Shown here: piece after piece, positions 1 through 8,832 of the stretch | Numbering within the stretch: position 1 is the stretch's first letter | Layout: every line of letters begins with the position of its first letter | Assembly: GCA_040222015.1 (NCBI GenBank) | Contig: JAVJWO010000071.1 | Span: 1 to 64,000 of the forward strand | Direction: 5' to 3' | DNA: 64,000 nucleotides | DNA from: Coleofasciculus chthonoplastes F2-STO-03 | Lineage (GTDB): Bacteria; Cyanobacteriota; Cyanobacteriia; Cyanobacteriales; Coleofasciculaceae | Made by a program: the position numbers and the translations under genes | Notes under the pieces: generated by a model | Seen by the model: only the letters and a program-made list of their open reading frames with translations | Told to the model about the DNA's origin: nothing | The model's database searches: none

Positions 1-189
1 TGTACTGGCGACATCGTGAAAACGGTCATCCCAAAAGGTGTGAACACAGGAACTTATGTTGCTCGACTTTGCCCATACAGCAACGGCAGAGGTGAGATCT
101 ATCCGACAACTGGCAAAAAACGGATTGGCATCAAACTCGAATATGTCGAAAAACCCATTCACCGAAAGGACGGCTACAGCTATGGGTGA
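1..189 (+). CDS. iscB: 3' end of an IscB-like (RRXRR/HNH, OMEGA) RNA-guided nuclease; partial at window edge
   Basis: Frame 1 reads CTGDIVKTVIPKGVNTGTYVARL...IHRKDGYSYG*, matching the typical IscB C-terminus (TGDIVKA..G.Y.GR...IHR.DGY.Y). Not in the supplied ORF track. Confidence 0.7.
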   Translation, partial: CTGDIVKTVIPKGVNTGTYVARLCPYSNGRGEIYPTTGKKRIGIKLEYVEKPIHRKDGYSYG

Positions 190-243
190 AAAAGTCCCAA
201 AATTAGGTAGAAGTGTCCAAATATGTCCAGAAATTAACGAACA

Positions 244-480
244 GCAACCTACCCCTTCGGCGGTGGTAGTCGTAGCTGTATCGGCATGGCTTTGTCCCTA
301 TTTGAAATGAAGCTGGTTATGGCAACGGTTCTATCCCGCTATCAGTTGGTGATTGACCCCAACACGTCTGTACAACCGTGGCGACGAGGGATTACCATCG
401 TTCCCTCTCAGGCTTGTCCCATGGTGGTGAAGACCCAGCGTCACGTTCACTCATCTAGAGAAAAAGTAATCAGTTATTAG
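244..480 (+). pseudogene. Cytochrome P450 C-terminal fragment, separated from its 5' part by the upstream element
   Basis: Heme-binding motif PFGGGSRSCIGMALSLFEMKLV..VLSRYQL; in-frame stops upstream at 187-189 and 208-210. Confidence 0.8.
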
Positions 481-596
481 TAATCCGTTGTAAAATAGAT
501 TACCTTTTTGATCCGATTTCTAGACCCAAACAGGGAAAACAAGGATTTATTGCTAATTGGATCAGTGCTAGTTTACTGAATGTCTAACTTGCTATC

Positions 597-1508
597 ATGA
601 CCACAAAGTTCATTGCTCATTCCCCAAATAAGTTATGGTTAGCGGCGCTTAAACCACCGATGTACAGCGTGGCTATCATTCCAATTTGGATTGGTACGGC
701 TGTAGCATACCGGGAAACTCATATTATTCATTGGGGCATTTTTAGCACATTTTTACTGTCAGCTATTTTAATTATTGCTTGGCTTAACCTGAGTAATGAT
801 GTATTTGATTCAGAGACAGGGATTGATCAAAATAAACCCCATTCACTGGTGAATTTAACCGGAAATAAAGCGTTAATTTTTGGGTTAAGTAATCTATTTT
901 TAGCCGCAGGTATCCTGGGAATCGTCGCGATCGCGTGGTGGCAACGGGATTGGACGGTGATTGGTATTGTCTTGCTTTGCTGCGCTTTGGGGTATAGTTA
1001 CCAAGGTCCTCCCTTCCGCCTAGGTTACCAAGGATTAGGTGAGGTTATTTGCTTTTTTACCTTCGGTCCGATGGCGGTGGCGGCGGCTTACTACTCCCAA
1101 GCCCAAACCTTCTCGTCAACGGGGTTAGCGGCTTCAATCATTATCGGCATTAGTACCTCGATTATTTTATTTTGCTCCCATTTCCATCAAGTTGAAGATG
1201 ATATAGCCGCCGGGAAGCGATCGCCGATTGTTCGCTTGGGAACCCAACGTGGTGCTAAACTACTCCTTTGGTTAAGTGGCAGCATTTTTGTCCTAATCGG
1301 TTTGTTGATCGGATTGGGGATGTTTCCGATTTGGACAGGATTAATCGTTCTGAGTTTACCTTTTGCCGTTGAGTTAGTGCAGCATGTTGGCGACTATCAT
1401 GATCAACCAACGAAAGTCAGCAATTGTAAATTTATTGCCGTTAAGCTGCATTTTTGGAGTGGACTATTATTCGGGTGGGGCTTTGTTCTCCCTAACCTTT
1501 GGTATTGA
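597..1508 (+). CDS. menA: DHNA phytyltransferase (UbiA family)
   Basis: LWLAALKPPMYSVA start, NDVFD and HFHQVEDD motifs, multiple TM helices. Confidence 0.92.
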   Translation: MTTKFIAHSPNKLWLAALKPPMYSVAIIPIWIGTAVAYRETHIIHWGIFSTFLLSAILIIAWLNLSNDVFDSETGIDQNKPHSLVNLTGNKALIFGLSNLFLAAGILGIVAIAWWQRDWTVIGIVLLCCALGYSYQGPPFRLGYQGLGEVICFFTFGPMAVAAAYYSQAQTFSSTGLAASIIIGISTSIILFCSHFHQVEDDIAAGKRSPIVRLGTQRGAKLLLWLSGSIFVLIGLLIGLGMFPIWTGLIVLSLPFAVELVQHVGDYHDQPTKVSNCKFIAVKLHFWSGLLFGWGFVLPNLWY

Positions 1509-1754
1509 TGGCTTCCTCTTCACAGGTGTCAACTTAAACTGAAAGCAGGGGAAGCCATGTTCCAGACGTAGCTTACTACGTCTGGAAGCAAGGGAATAAT
1601 TGTTGTGACGAACGAGTGAGTATTATTTCTTAATGACCCACTAGGACAAGAAAGTAGTACCTTAAAATAAGGTATAAAAAATTAAATCAAACGATTTAAA
1701 GGTTTGGCTCAATCTCCAGCGTTGAAGCTAGGAGGTTTTTTGTTTACATTTATT

Positions 1755-1860
1755 TATAGCGCTTCGCGCTGATCTATTTACACTTTGGATTCAGAAACAT
1801 CTTACCTGGACTAAGTTTCAGCTACGAGAGTTGTAAATACACGCCTAGCGACTTGCTATA
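1755..1860. repeat. MITE-like element bounded by TATAGC...GCTATA
   Basis: Terminal inverted hexamers plus internal tatttaca/tgtaaata inverted pair. Confidence 0.4.
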
Positions 1861-1990
1861 CAAAATGACCGAGATTAATTTCCATCTCCTGAACGATATG
1901 GGGGTGAGTCAGTGTTAATCCCTTGGAGAGAGGTAAGTCTAAGTGCCAGAAGTCTACAATCTAGTTAGTCAATAAAAATAAGGACAACTA

Positions 1991-3874
1991 TTGAGGTTGA
2001 ATTCAATGAGTTTCAGCCAATTTAGTTCGTCCTTGTTTCTAAAATCATCATTAACAAAGGATTCAATTATGCAACTTATGGATATGTCAAAACCCCACAA
2101 AAGTACCTCAACAAACAGAGAAGCTTGGTGGCAAACTCCTGTACTCAATCGTCGGGCATGGACGTGGGAAGATGCGCGTAATGTGAAACACCAAGGTGAA
2201 TGGTGGCAGAATGCGGTTATTTATCAGATTTCCCCGCAGAGTTTTAAAGACAGTGACGGCAATGGTGTAGGTGACTTGAATGGGATTATTGAACAACTCG
2301 ATTACATTGCCTCTCTCGGTGTCGATGCCATCTGGCTGTGTCCGATTTATGAATCCCCAATGGAGGATTTTGGCTATGACATTACTGATATGCGGAATAT
2401 TGACCCAATTTTTGGCTCTCTAGAGGATTTTAAACGATTGCTGGCAGTGGCTCACTCCATGGGATTGAAAGTGCTGTTGGATCAAGTTTGGAATCATACC
2501 TCTGATAAGCATCCCTGGTTTCTCGAAAGTCGGCAAAATAAAAATAATCCTAAGGCAGACTGGTATATTTGGGCAGACCCCAAGCCTGATGGTTCACGCC
2601 CCAACAACTGGTTATCCGCATTTATGGGTCACAGTGCTTGGCAATGGGGACCCGAACGTAAACAATTTTATATGTACAATTTCTTAAAAAGTCAACCTGA
2701 CCTGAACTGGCATAACCCAGATGTGGTTGACGCGATTTTGGTACGGGCAAAATTTTGGTTGGAGTTAGGAATTGATGGGTTCCGCATCGATGCGCCTAAC
2801 TTTTTCATGCACGACGCCCAATTGCGAGATAACCCCGTTCGTCCAGAAGATGCGTCTTTACCTGATGGCGTCGCCCCCGATAATCCTGTGGTTCGGCAGC
2901 TATTTAAGTACAACTTCTGTCGTCCCGAAACCTTAGACGCCCTCAAACCGATTCGGGAGTTAATGGATCAGTATCCGGGTACGGTTGGCTTAGGCGAAGT
3001 GACGTTCTGTGAAGACTCGATTGCCCTTGCTAGTGAATTTGTAAAAGGTGATGAACGGCTACACATGGCATATCATAGTGGGCTTCTCGTCGATGAACCC
3101 ATCAGCGCCAGACTCATGCGCCAGATGATGGAAAAAGTGTTAAGTCACTTTACCCAAGGTGGTGATTGTTGGATTGTCGGCAATCATGATTATGGTCGCT
3201 TGCGATCGCGCTGGACTGGAAAGGATGCTCAGGGAAATCCTTATCCAGAAGAATTTTATCACATGATCGCCGCACTGCTACTTTCTTTACCGGGTGCAAT
3301 CTGTCTCTACCAGGGTGATGAACTAGGTTTAACTGAGGCAAGAATCCCTGAAGATATTCCGGTGGACGATATTAAAGACCCCTTTGGTCAAGCCCTTTAC
3401 CCAGCAATTAAAGGACGAGACGGTTCTCGCACCCCAATGCCGTGGCAAGCGGATGCCCCCCACGCTGGATTTACCACGGCGGAAAAACCCTGGTTACCTG
3501 TTCCCGATGGTCATTATCAACGGGCGGTGAATCTGCAAAATCGAGATCCGAACTCCTTGCTAAATACCTGGCGTCGTTTACTCCACTGGCGCAAAAAACA
3601 ACCAGCCTTAGAAGCCGGTAACTTGGAAATCCTGGAGACAGAGGAACCGATTTTTGCCTTTATCCGGGACTATGCAGAACAGCGAATCCTGTGTATTTTC
3701 AATTTGAGTAACGAATCTGCCCGCTATGACTTGTCGGGATATCCAGGGTGTAAGGAAACCGAAGGATTAGGCTTTATCACGAATCGTCAGGGTGAGACGC
3801 TGGAAATTCCCGGCTATAGTGTCTTCTTTTGTAATATGCCCCCAACCTGTGATTATCAACTGAAGTCGAATTGA
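1991..3874 (+). CDS. GH13 alpha-glucosidase (true start possibly 2069)
   Basis: WWQNAVIYQI.P.SF.D, DGFRIDA, GEV, NHD, GRDGSRTPMPW motifs. Confidence 0.9.
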   Translation: MRLNSMSFSQFSSSLFLKSSLTKDSIMQLMDMSKPHKSTSTNREAWWQTPVLNRRAWTWEDARNVKHQGEWWQNAVIYQISPQSFKDSDGNGVGDLNGIIEQLDYIASLGVDAIWLCPIYESPMEDFGYDITDMRNIDPIFGSLEDFKRLLAVAHSMGLKVLLDQVWNHTSDKHPWFLESRQNKNNPKADWYIWADPKPDGSRPNNWLSAFMGHSAWQWGPERKQFYMYNFLKSQPDLNWHNPDVVDAILVRAKFWLELGIDGFRIDAPNFFMHDAQLRDNPVRPEDASLPDGVAPDNPVVRQLFKYNFCRPETLDALKPIRELMDQYPGTVGLGEVTFCEDSIALASEFVKGDERLHMAYHSGLLVDEPISARLMRQMMEKVLSHFTQGGDCWIVGNHDYGRLRSRWTGKDAQGNPYPEEFYHMIAALLLSLPGAICLYQGDELGLTEARIPEDIPVDDIKDPFGQALYPAIKGRDGSRTPMPWQADAPHAGFTTAEKPWLPVPDGHYQRAVNLQNRDPNSLLNTWRRLLHWRKKQPALEAGNLEILETEEPIFAFIRDYAEQRILCIFNLSNESARYDLSGYPGCKETEGLGFITNRQGETLEIPGYSVFFCNMPPTCDYQLKSN

Positions 3875-3877
3875 ACC

Positions 3878-3907
3878 TGTAGAGACGCGCCATGGCGCGT
3901 CTCTACA
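3878..3907. repeat. GTAG-type REP palindrome between convergent genes; related copies near 7229, 11612, 18665, 19048, 26392-26450, 40819, 47675, 59653, 60736
   Basis: Perfect palindrome tgtagagacgcgccatggcgcgtctctaca. Confidence 0.8.
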
Positions 3908-3923
3908 TTTGTTGGGTTATGCT

Positions 3924-6900
3924 TTAAGCTTGAATTAGAAAATCGGTTGCCGCTATCGCCGGAAGCCCGTAAAATTCAGCAAACATACCTCCCGATCCAT
4001 AACCTTCTATTGAACCGTTCTGGTTGTAAAATAATCGACCTAAAGAACTGTTGTAAACAATAACAGCTTGGCTAACGGCGGCATCGGCATCACTGTCTAC
4101 TATAGCAAACTCTGTCGAAACACTAAAACCTTCGCCTGCCTCACTCGTTATAGCAGTAAAAGTCGATAAATCCAGCACAATTTTGTCAATGCTAGGGGTA
4201 AAGTCATTGATCTGGTCAATACCGACGGCTGAATCTGTAAACATTCCGCCTGTATCATAGACAAAGTGATCGCTGCCATCACCACCAGTCAGAGAATCAT
4301 TGCCTATACCACCAACAAGGATATCATTCCCCTCGTTGCCCAGAAGTATATCATTGCTCTCATCCATGACTATATTCTGAGCCAGTATCTCTATCTCCTC
4401 TCCCGTCAAAGCACGATTATATACTCGGACATCATCTAGACTGCCTTCTAACCCATTCGTACCTGCACCACTACTGCTGCCATCATGAAATTTTGTTCCT
4501 CCGTTCAAGCCACCAACGCCAATGTAATGGGTGTGAGGCGATAGCTCCGCTCCTTCCCCCTCACCAAATTTCACACCATCTAGATAAGCGTTTAACGAGC
4601 CAGCTTGAGGGGTATTTGACCCGGGTTGAGCATCTAATACTAGAGTGACATGATGCCAGGTATTTGCCGCGATCGAATCTGTAGATAAATAAGTTCCTGA
4701 ATTGGGTGAATTCCAACCACCGACGTATAGACGACCATCGTAGATATAGAGATTTAATCCAATGAAACCTCCCCCTTCTTCATAGAGGACTTGCTTACGA
4801 TTCGAGATAGTCTGATCATCAACGTTGAACCAGAGGGCAATTGTCCGCTTAGCATGGGTTTCAAGATTAATATCAGGGGCATTATTAATATTTATGTAGT
4901 CATTACTACCATCAAAGTCAACAACACCGTTGTTGAAACTTGCCCCATTATGTAATTCTCCCAAATTATCACTACCATAGGGAGAGGTATCAGCTGCCAG
5001 TACCCCGGAAGTTTCCTCAAATTCCAGGTGCGTAACTAGATTTTCTGAACTAACGAAAAGGTTAGAGGAGTTAGAGCTTATGGGTTCATCACCAATCAGG
5101 GTATCATTACCCGCTTTACCGCTAATGACATCATTGCCTGCTAAACCTTGAAGCGTATCATCACTAGCACTCCCTTCCAACAAATCATTACCAGGCGTCC
5201 CTTCGTTTTCCACAACCTTCAGTACCTGATTAGCCGCAATGTTTTGAAATTCTTGTACTGAGCCAGATGACCATTCAATACGCAAGTTGTCTACCAAAAC
5301 ATGACTGGCTAAACCAAAGTGCAGGCGTTGCAGGTTTTGACCAATACGATGCATTCCACCTGATTGCTCTCGCAACTGAGTGACTCCACCAGCGGTTGCC
5401 AGGACTTTTGTCCCAACCGCATCCCGATTCGATATAACTCCCTGCAAATCAATCTGGAGCCAGTTATTCTGATTACCTTTATTGTGGAAAAGGTGATAGG
5501 GGGTTCCTAGAGATAAGTAACTTTGACCTCTACTCCCCCATACTGTTGAATGACCGACAAACAGATCTAAAAAACCATCGACATCATAGTCTGCCGTGGC
5601 TACATTCAGACCAACACCAAAATCTTCATATCGCGGTCCGATCAGATCAACTGCTGCGCCAGCAGCATTATTAACAGCAACAAACGTTCCATCACCTTGG
5701 TTCTCGTAGAAGACACTTGGCAAGGGATAATAGGGTAATGTAGAGGTCAAGTACAAATCTATATCCCCATCATTGTCAAAGTCTCCTGGAACAACCGATT
5801 GACTAATAATCGCACTGTTGAGTCCGGCTGCTTCAGTTTGGTCTACATATTCTCCTGTCTGAGGATCGTAGGTTAATAATACAGGAGATAAGCCTCCTAG
5901 TTGGGTGGTATCCGGTTGGTCAAAGCCTATGGGAATAACGTTATTGAGCGCTTCAGAAGTTTCTAGGACTAGACTAATGGCTTTATAATTATCTGGGTTA
6001 AAGTGAATGGCTTGCCAACTCTGACTAACGGAGTCGTAACCGATATATAGACCTGGTGGAGAAGTGTCAGTTCGAAGTAAAATGCCGATATCATTGGGAT
6101 TATCGGGTGACAAAGTAAATCGGTTGTTTGTCGGATTATATCCTTGTGAGCCAATAAAGATACTGGATTGGGGAAGAATTCCTCCAGAAGAACGATACGA
6201 GTCAAAGGTAATGCTACCAGAGGTGGTTACGCTGATTCCTACTTCCTTTCTGTCTTGGTTGGGATTAGTTATTAGTCTGGCAAAGGCAGTCTGATCGCCT
6301 TGAAAGATATTCGAGTTTACATATTGGCTCTTGCCTTCATTCGCGCGAGTTAACAGAATATCTGGAATTAAATCGCCGTTAAAATCAGCAATCGCTGCAT
6401 CGCGCACATTTGAGATTTGTGGAAATTGGCTGGTAAGGTCGTTCCAAACGGGTGATGTTGTCTCATAGATTTTCAAAGAACTACTGTCATCAGAGAGAAC
6501 GATTAAGTCTAAGGTTCCATCACCAAACAAGTCAGTGACCTGGGCAGACACCGCATCTGAATCTGAAGGCATCTGGAAACCCACAATTTCATTGACGTTC
6601 TCAAAGCCATTCGATGTCTGCTGAAATAAAGTAGTGGGCGCTTGTTCATCTGGGCGAGATTCATTGACCTGCAATAGGTCTAACAATCCATCTTTATTCC
6701 AGTCAAACCAGAGAGGAGTACGTCCTCGACCGGGTGGAAAATCTACACCCAGAAGAGCCGCTTGATTTTGGAGAATTCCTCCCTGATTAACCCATAGTTG
6801 ACTCGGACCAGCCCCGCTACCAGCCCCTCCCCCGGCAATCACAAAAAGATCGGGATCGCCATCATTATCAAAATCAGTCCAGGCAGTTCCGTGGTTATCC

Positions 6901-7148
6901 CCACCGAAGGAAGCGGGAAAAACTTGGGAATGAATATCAATAAAAGTCCCGTCTCCTTGATTGAGGTAGAGTTTAGGGCGGTTGGTTCCTTGCAATGATC
7001 CATCATTGGCAGTCCAGCCACTAAAGGCATGAGGGGCAGTCCATAGATCAGGTAAACCATCAAGATTGAAGTCTACCCACCCAACGCTGATAGCTCCTCT
7101 TTCTCCAGTCCATTGAATTCCGGCATTTTCCGTTACATTTTCAAACAT
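3924..7148 (-). CDS. Secreted FG-GAP / ASPIC-UnbV (CRTAC1-like) protein with LamG domain and RTX Ca-binding repeats
   Basis: DFDNDGD.DL repeats, NRDAVG...RLHFGL (UnbV), WHHVTLV...YLDG...LDDVRVYNRAL (LamG), G..GND.L.G nonapeptides. Confidence 0.85.
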   Translation of the reverse strand: MFENVTENAGIQWTGERGAISVGWVDFNLDGLPDLWTAPHAFSGWTANDGSLQGTNRPKLYLNQGDGTFIDIHSQVFPASFGGDNHGTAWTDFDNDGDPDLFVIAGGGAGSGAGPSQLWVNQGGILQNQAALLGVDFPPGRGRTPLWFDWNKDGLLDLLQVNESRPDEQAPTTLFQQTSNGFENVNEIVGFQMPSDSDAVSAQVTDLFGDGTLDLIVLSDDSSSLKIYETTSPVWNDLTSQFPQISNVRDAAIADFNGDLIPDILLTRANEGKSQYVNSNIFQGDQTAFARLITNPNQDRKEVGISVTTSGSITFDSYRSSGGILPQSSIFIGSQGYNPTNNRFTLSPDNPNDIGILLRTDTSPPGLYIGYDSVSQSWQAIHFNPDNYKAISLVLETSEALNNVIPIGFDQPDTTQLGGLSPVLLTYDPQTGEYVDQTEAAGLNSAIISQSVVPGDFDNDGDIDLYLTSTLPYYPLPSVFYENQGDGTFVAVNNAAGAAVDLIGPRYEDFGVGLNVATADYDVDGFLDLFVGHSTVWGSRGQSYLSLGTPYHLFHNKGNQNNWLQIDLQGVISNRDAVGTKVLATAGGVTQLREQSGGMHRIGQNLQRLHFGLASHVLVDNLRIEWSSGSVQEFQNIAANQVLKVVENEGTPGNDLLEGSASDDTLQGLAGNDVISGKAGNDTLIGDEPISSNSSNLFVSSENLVTHLEFEETSGVLAADTSPYGSDNLGELHNGASFNNGVVDFDGSNDYININNAPDINLETHAKRTIALWFNVDDQTISNRKQVLYEEGGGFIGLNLYIYDGRLYVGGWNSPNSGTYLSTDSIAANTWHHVTLVLDAQPGSNTPQAGSLNAYLDGVKFGEGEGAELSPHTHYIGVGGLNGGTKFHDGSSSGAGTNGLEGSLDDVRVYNRALTGEEIEILAQNIVMDESNDILLGNEGNDILVGGIGNDSLTGGDGSDHFVYDTGGMFTDSAVGIDQINDFTPSIDKIVLDLSTFTAITSEAGEGFSVSTEFAIVDSDADAAVSQAVIVYNSSLGRLFYNQNGSIEGYGSGGMFAEFYGLPAIAATDFLIQA

Positions 7149-7270
7149 AGCACCCTAGCATTAAAAACTATAGAAATAAATAATAATCGATTTAAATAAA
7201 CTTATCTGTAAAGATTTAATGAAGTGAAGGTAGGGGTACGACCAGGTCGTACCCTTACCCGGAAACTTGA

Positions 7271-8389
7271 TTAAGCCAACCCCTCCACAACCGGATGGAA
7301 GTAAAATGCCAACCCCAACACCAAATAAGCCGCAATCAGCAAAATTCCCTCCAACCAGTTTGATTTGCCATCAGAACTAATCGAATTAGCAATTAACACC
7401 GCCACAGCCACCGCCACCAATTCAAAGGGGTTAAAATCCAAATCCATCGGCTGACCCAAAAACCAACCTGCAATCACTAAGACAGGGGCGACAAATAGGG
7501 CAATTTGTAAACTTGATCCCACCGCCACCGACACTGACAAATCCATCTTATTTTTCATCGCCACTGTCACCGCCGTAGCGTGTTCGGCGGCATTGCCAAT
7601 AATGGGCAATAGAATCACCCCTGTAAATAGGGCAGTTAATCCTAACTGGGAGGTGGCTTCCTCCAACGTCCCCACTAACAGTTCCGACTCCAACGCCACC
7701 AGGAGGGTAACTCCGAGTAACACCCCAATCCACAAGCCTAAATTCACCTTATGTTCCGGTTCCTCAGTGGGGGAAGAAGTACCATCCCCCTCTTGGGACT
7801 CAACATCCACCATGCCCACATCCAACAGATAGCTGTGGGTTTTCATGGAAAATAGTAAGGTGAGAGCGTAAACCACAATCAACACCCCCGCCACAGCAAC
7901 CGATAATCTTTGTAACGTCGCTTCATCAATATCAGGCGTCGTGGCATCCATCGCCGTCGGTAGCAGCATGGCAATGACAGCCAAATTCATAGAGGATGCA
8001 TTCACCCGCGCCACAATCGGTTGAAAGCTTTGTTCCTTGTACCGCAACCCGCCCAACAGCATAGATAAGCCCATTACCAGCAGCAAGTTGCCAATAATTG
8101 ATCCCGTAATCGTGGCTTTAACCACATTGACTAAGCCAGCATTGAGGGCAATCAGGGCAATAATCAGTTCTGTCGCATTACCAAACGTGGCATTCAGCAA
8201 CCCACCAAAGGTCGATCCAGCCACCACCGCAATTTCTTCCGTCGCGGTTCCCATCCACGCCGCCAGAGGAACGATCGCCAAACAGGAGGTAATGAAAACT
8301 ATAGCTGCTCCCCATTCCAGAAAATGCGCGGCGATGGAAATGGGGACAAAAAGTAACAACAGTGACAGAATCGTGTTTTTGTTCAGCAT
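7271..8389 (-). CDS. cax: Ca2+/H+ antiporter
   Basis: GLLNATFGNATE and GNAAEH alpha-repeat motifs. Confidence 0.92.
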   Translation of the reverse strand: MLNKNTILSLLLLFVPISIAAHFLEWGAAIVFITSCLAIVPLAAWMGTATEEIAVVAGSTFGGLLNATFGNATELIIALIALNAGLVNVVKATITGSIIGNLLLVMGLSMLLGGLRYKEQSFQPIVARVNASSMNLAVIAMLLPTAMDATTPDIDEATLQRLSVAVAGVLIVVYALTLLFSMKTHSYLLDVGMVDVESQEGDGTSSPTEEPEHKVNLGLWIGVLLGVTLLVALESELLVGTLEEATSQLGLTALFTGVILLPIIGNAAEHATAVTVAMKNKMDLSVSVAVGSSLQIALFVAPVLVIAGWFLGQPMDLDFNPFELVAVAVAVLIANSISSDGKSNWLEGILLIAAYLVLGLAFYFHPVVEGLA

Positions 8390-8832
8390 CTAAAAATAAG
8401 CAAATAGGCACAGATTACAGATTAAAGTTAACGGTAAGGATTGTCATTTGTCATTTGCTCCCCTGCACTTGGAGACTCCCTGCACTCCTACCCCCTACAC
8501 ATCCCCAGCCAGATGTGCAATAATCGATAAGACTTGTTATAGTGCGGTTAAGTTCTGTGAACTTATCGAAACGTTTATGAAGTTTCATCGATTGTAAGTA
8601 AATATTGCGGTTGAATAAAGGACTAAAGGAACAGATTGTTACAAGTTCATCCCAAAATGCAAGCTTAGTAACTTGTGCGAGTGATTTTTAATATACGGGG
8701 CTGGCGTTCCCTACTTAAATGGCTAGCTTTCAAACGAAAATCAAAATTTGTTTAGTAATCTCTCAACTAATCCCTACTCTCAGCGAAAATTAGTAGAGTA
8801 AGGGAATCTGTCTGACACGTTTTCTGTGGAAT

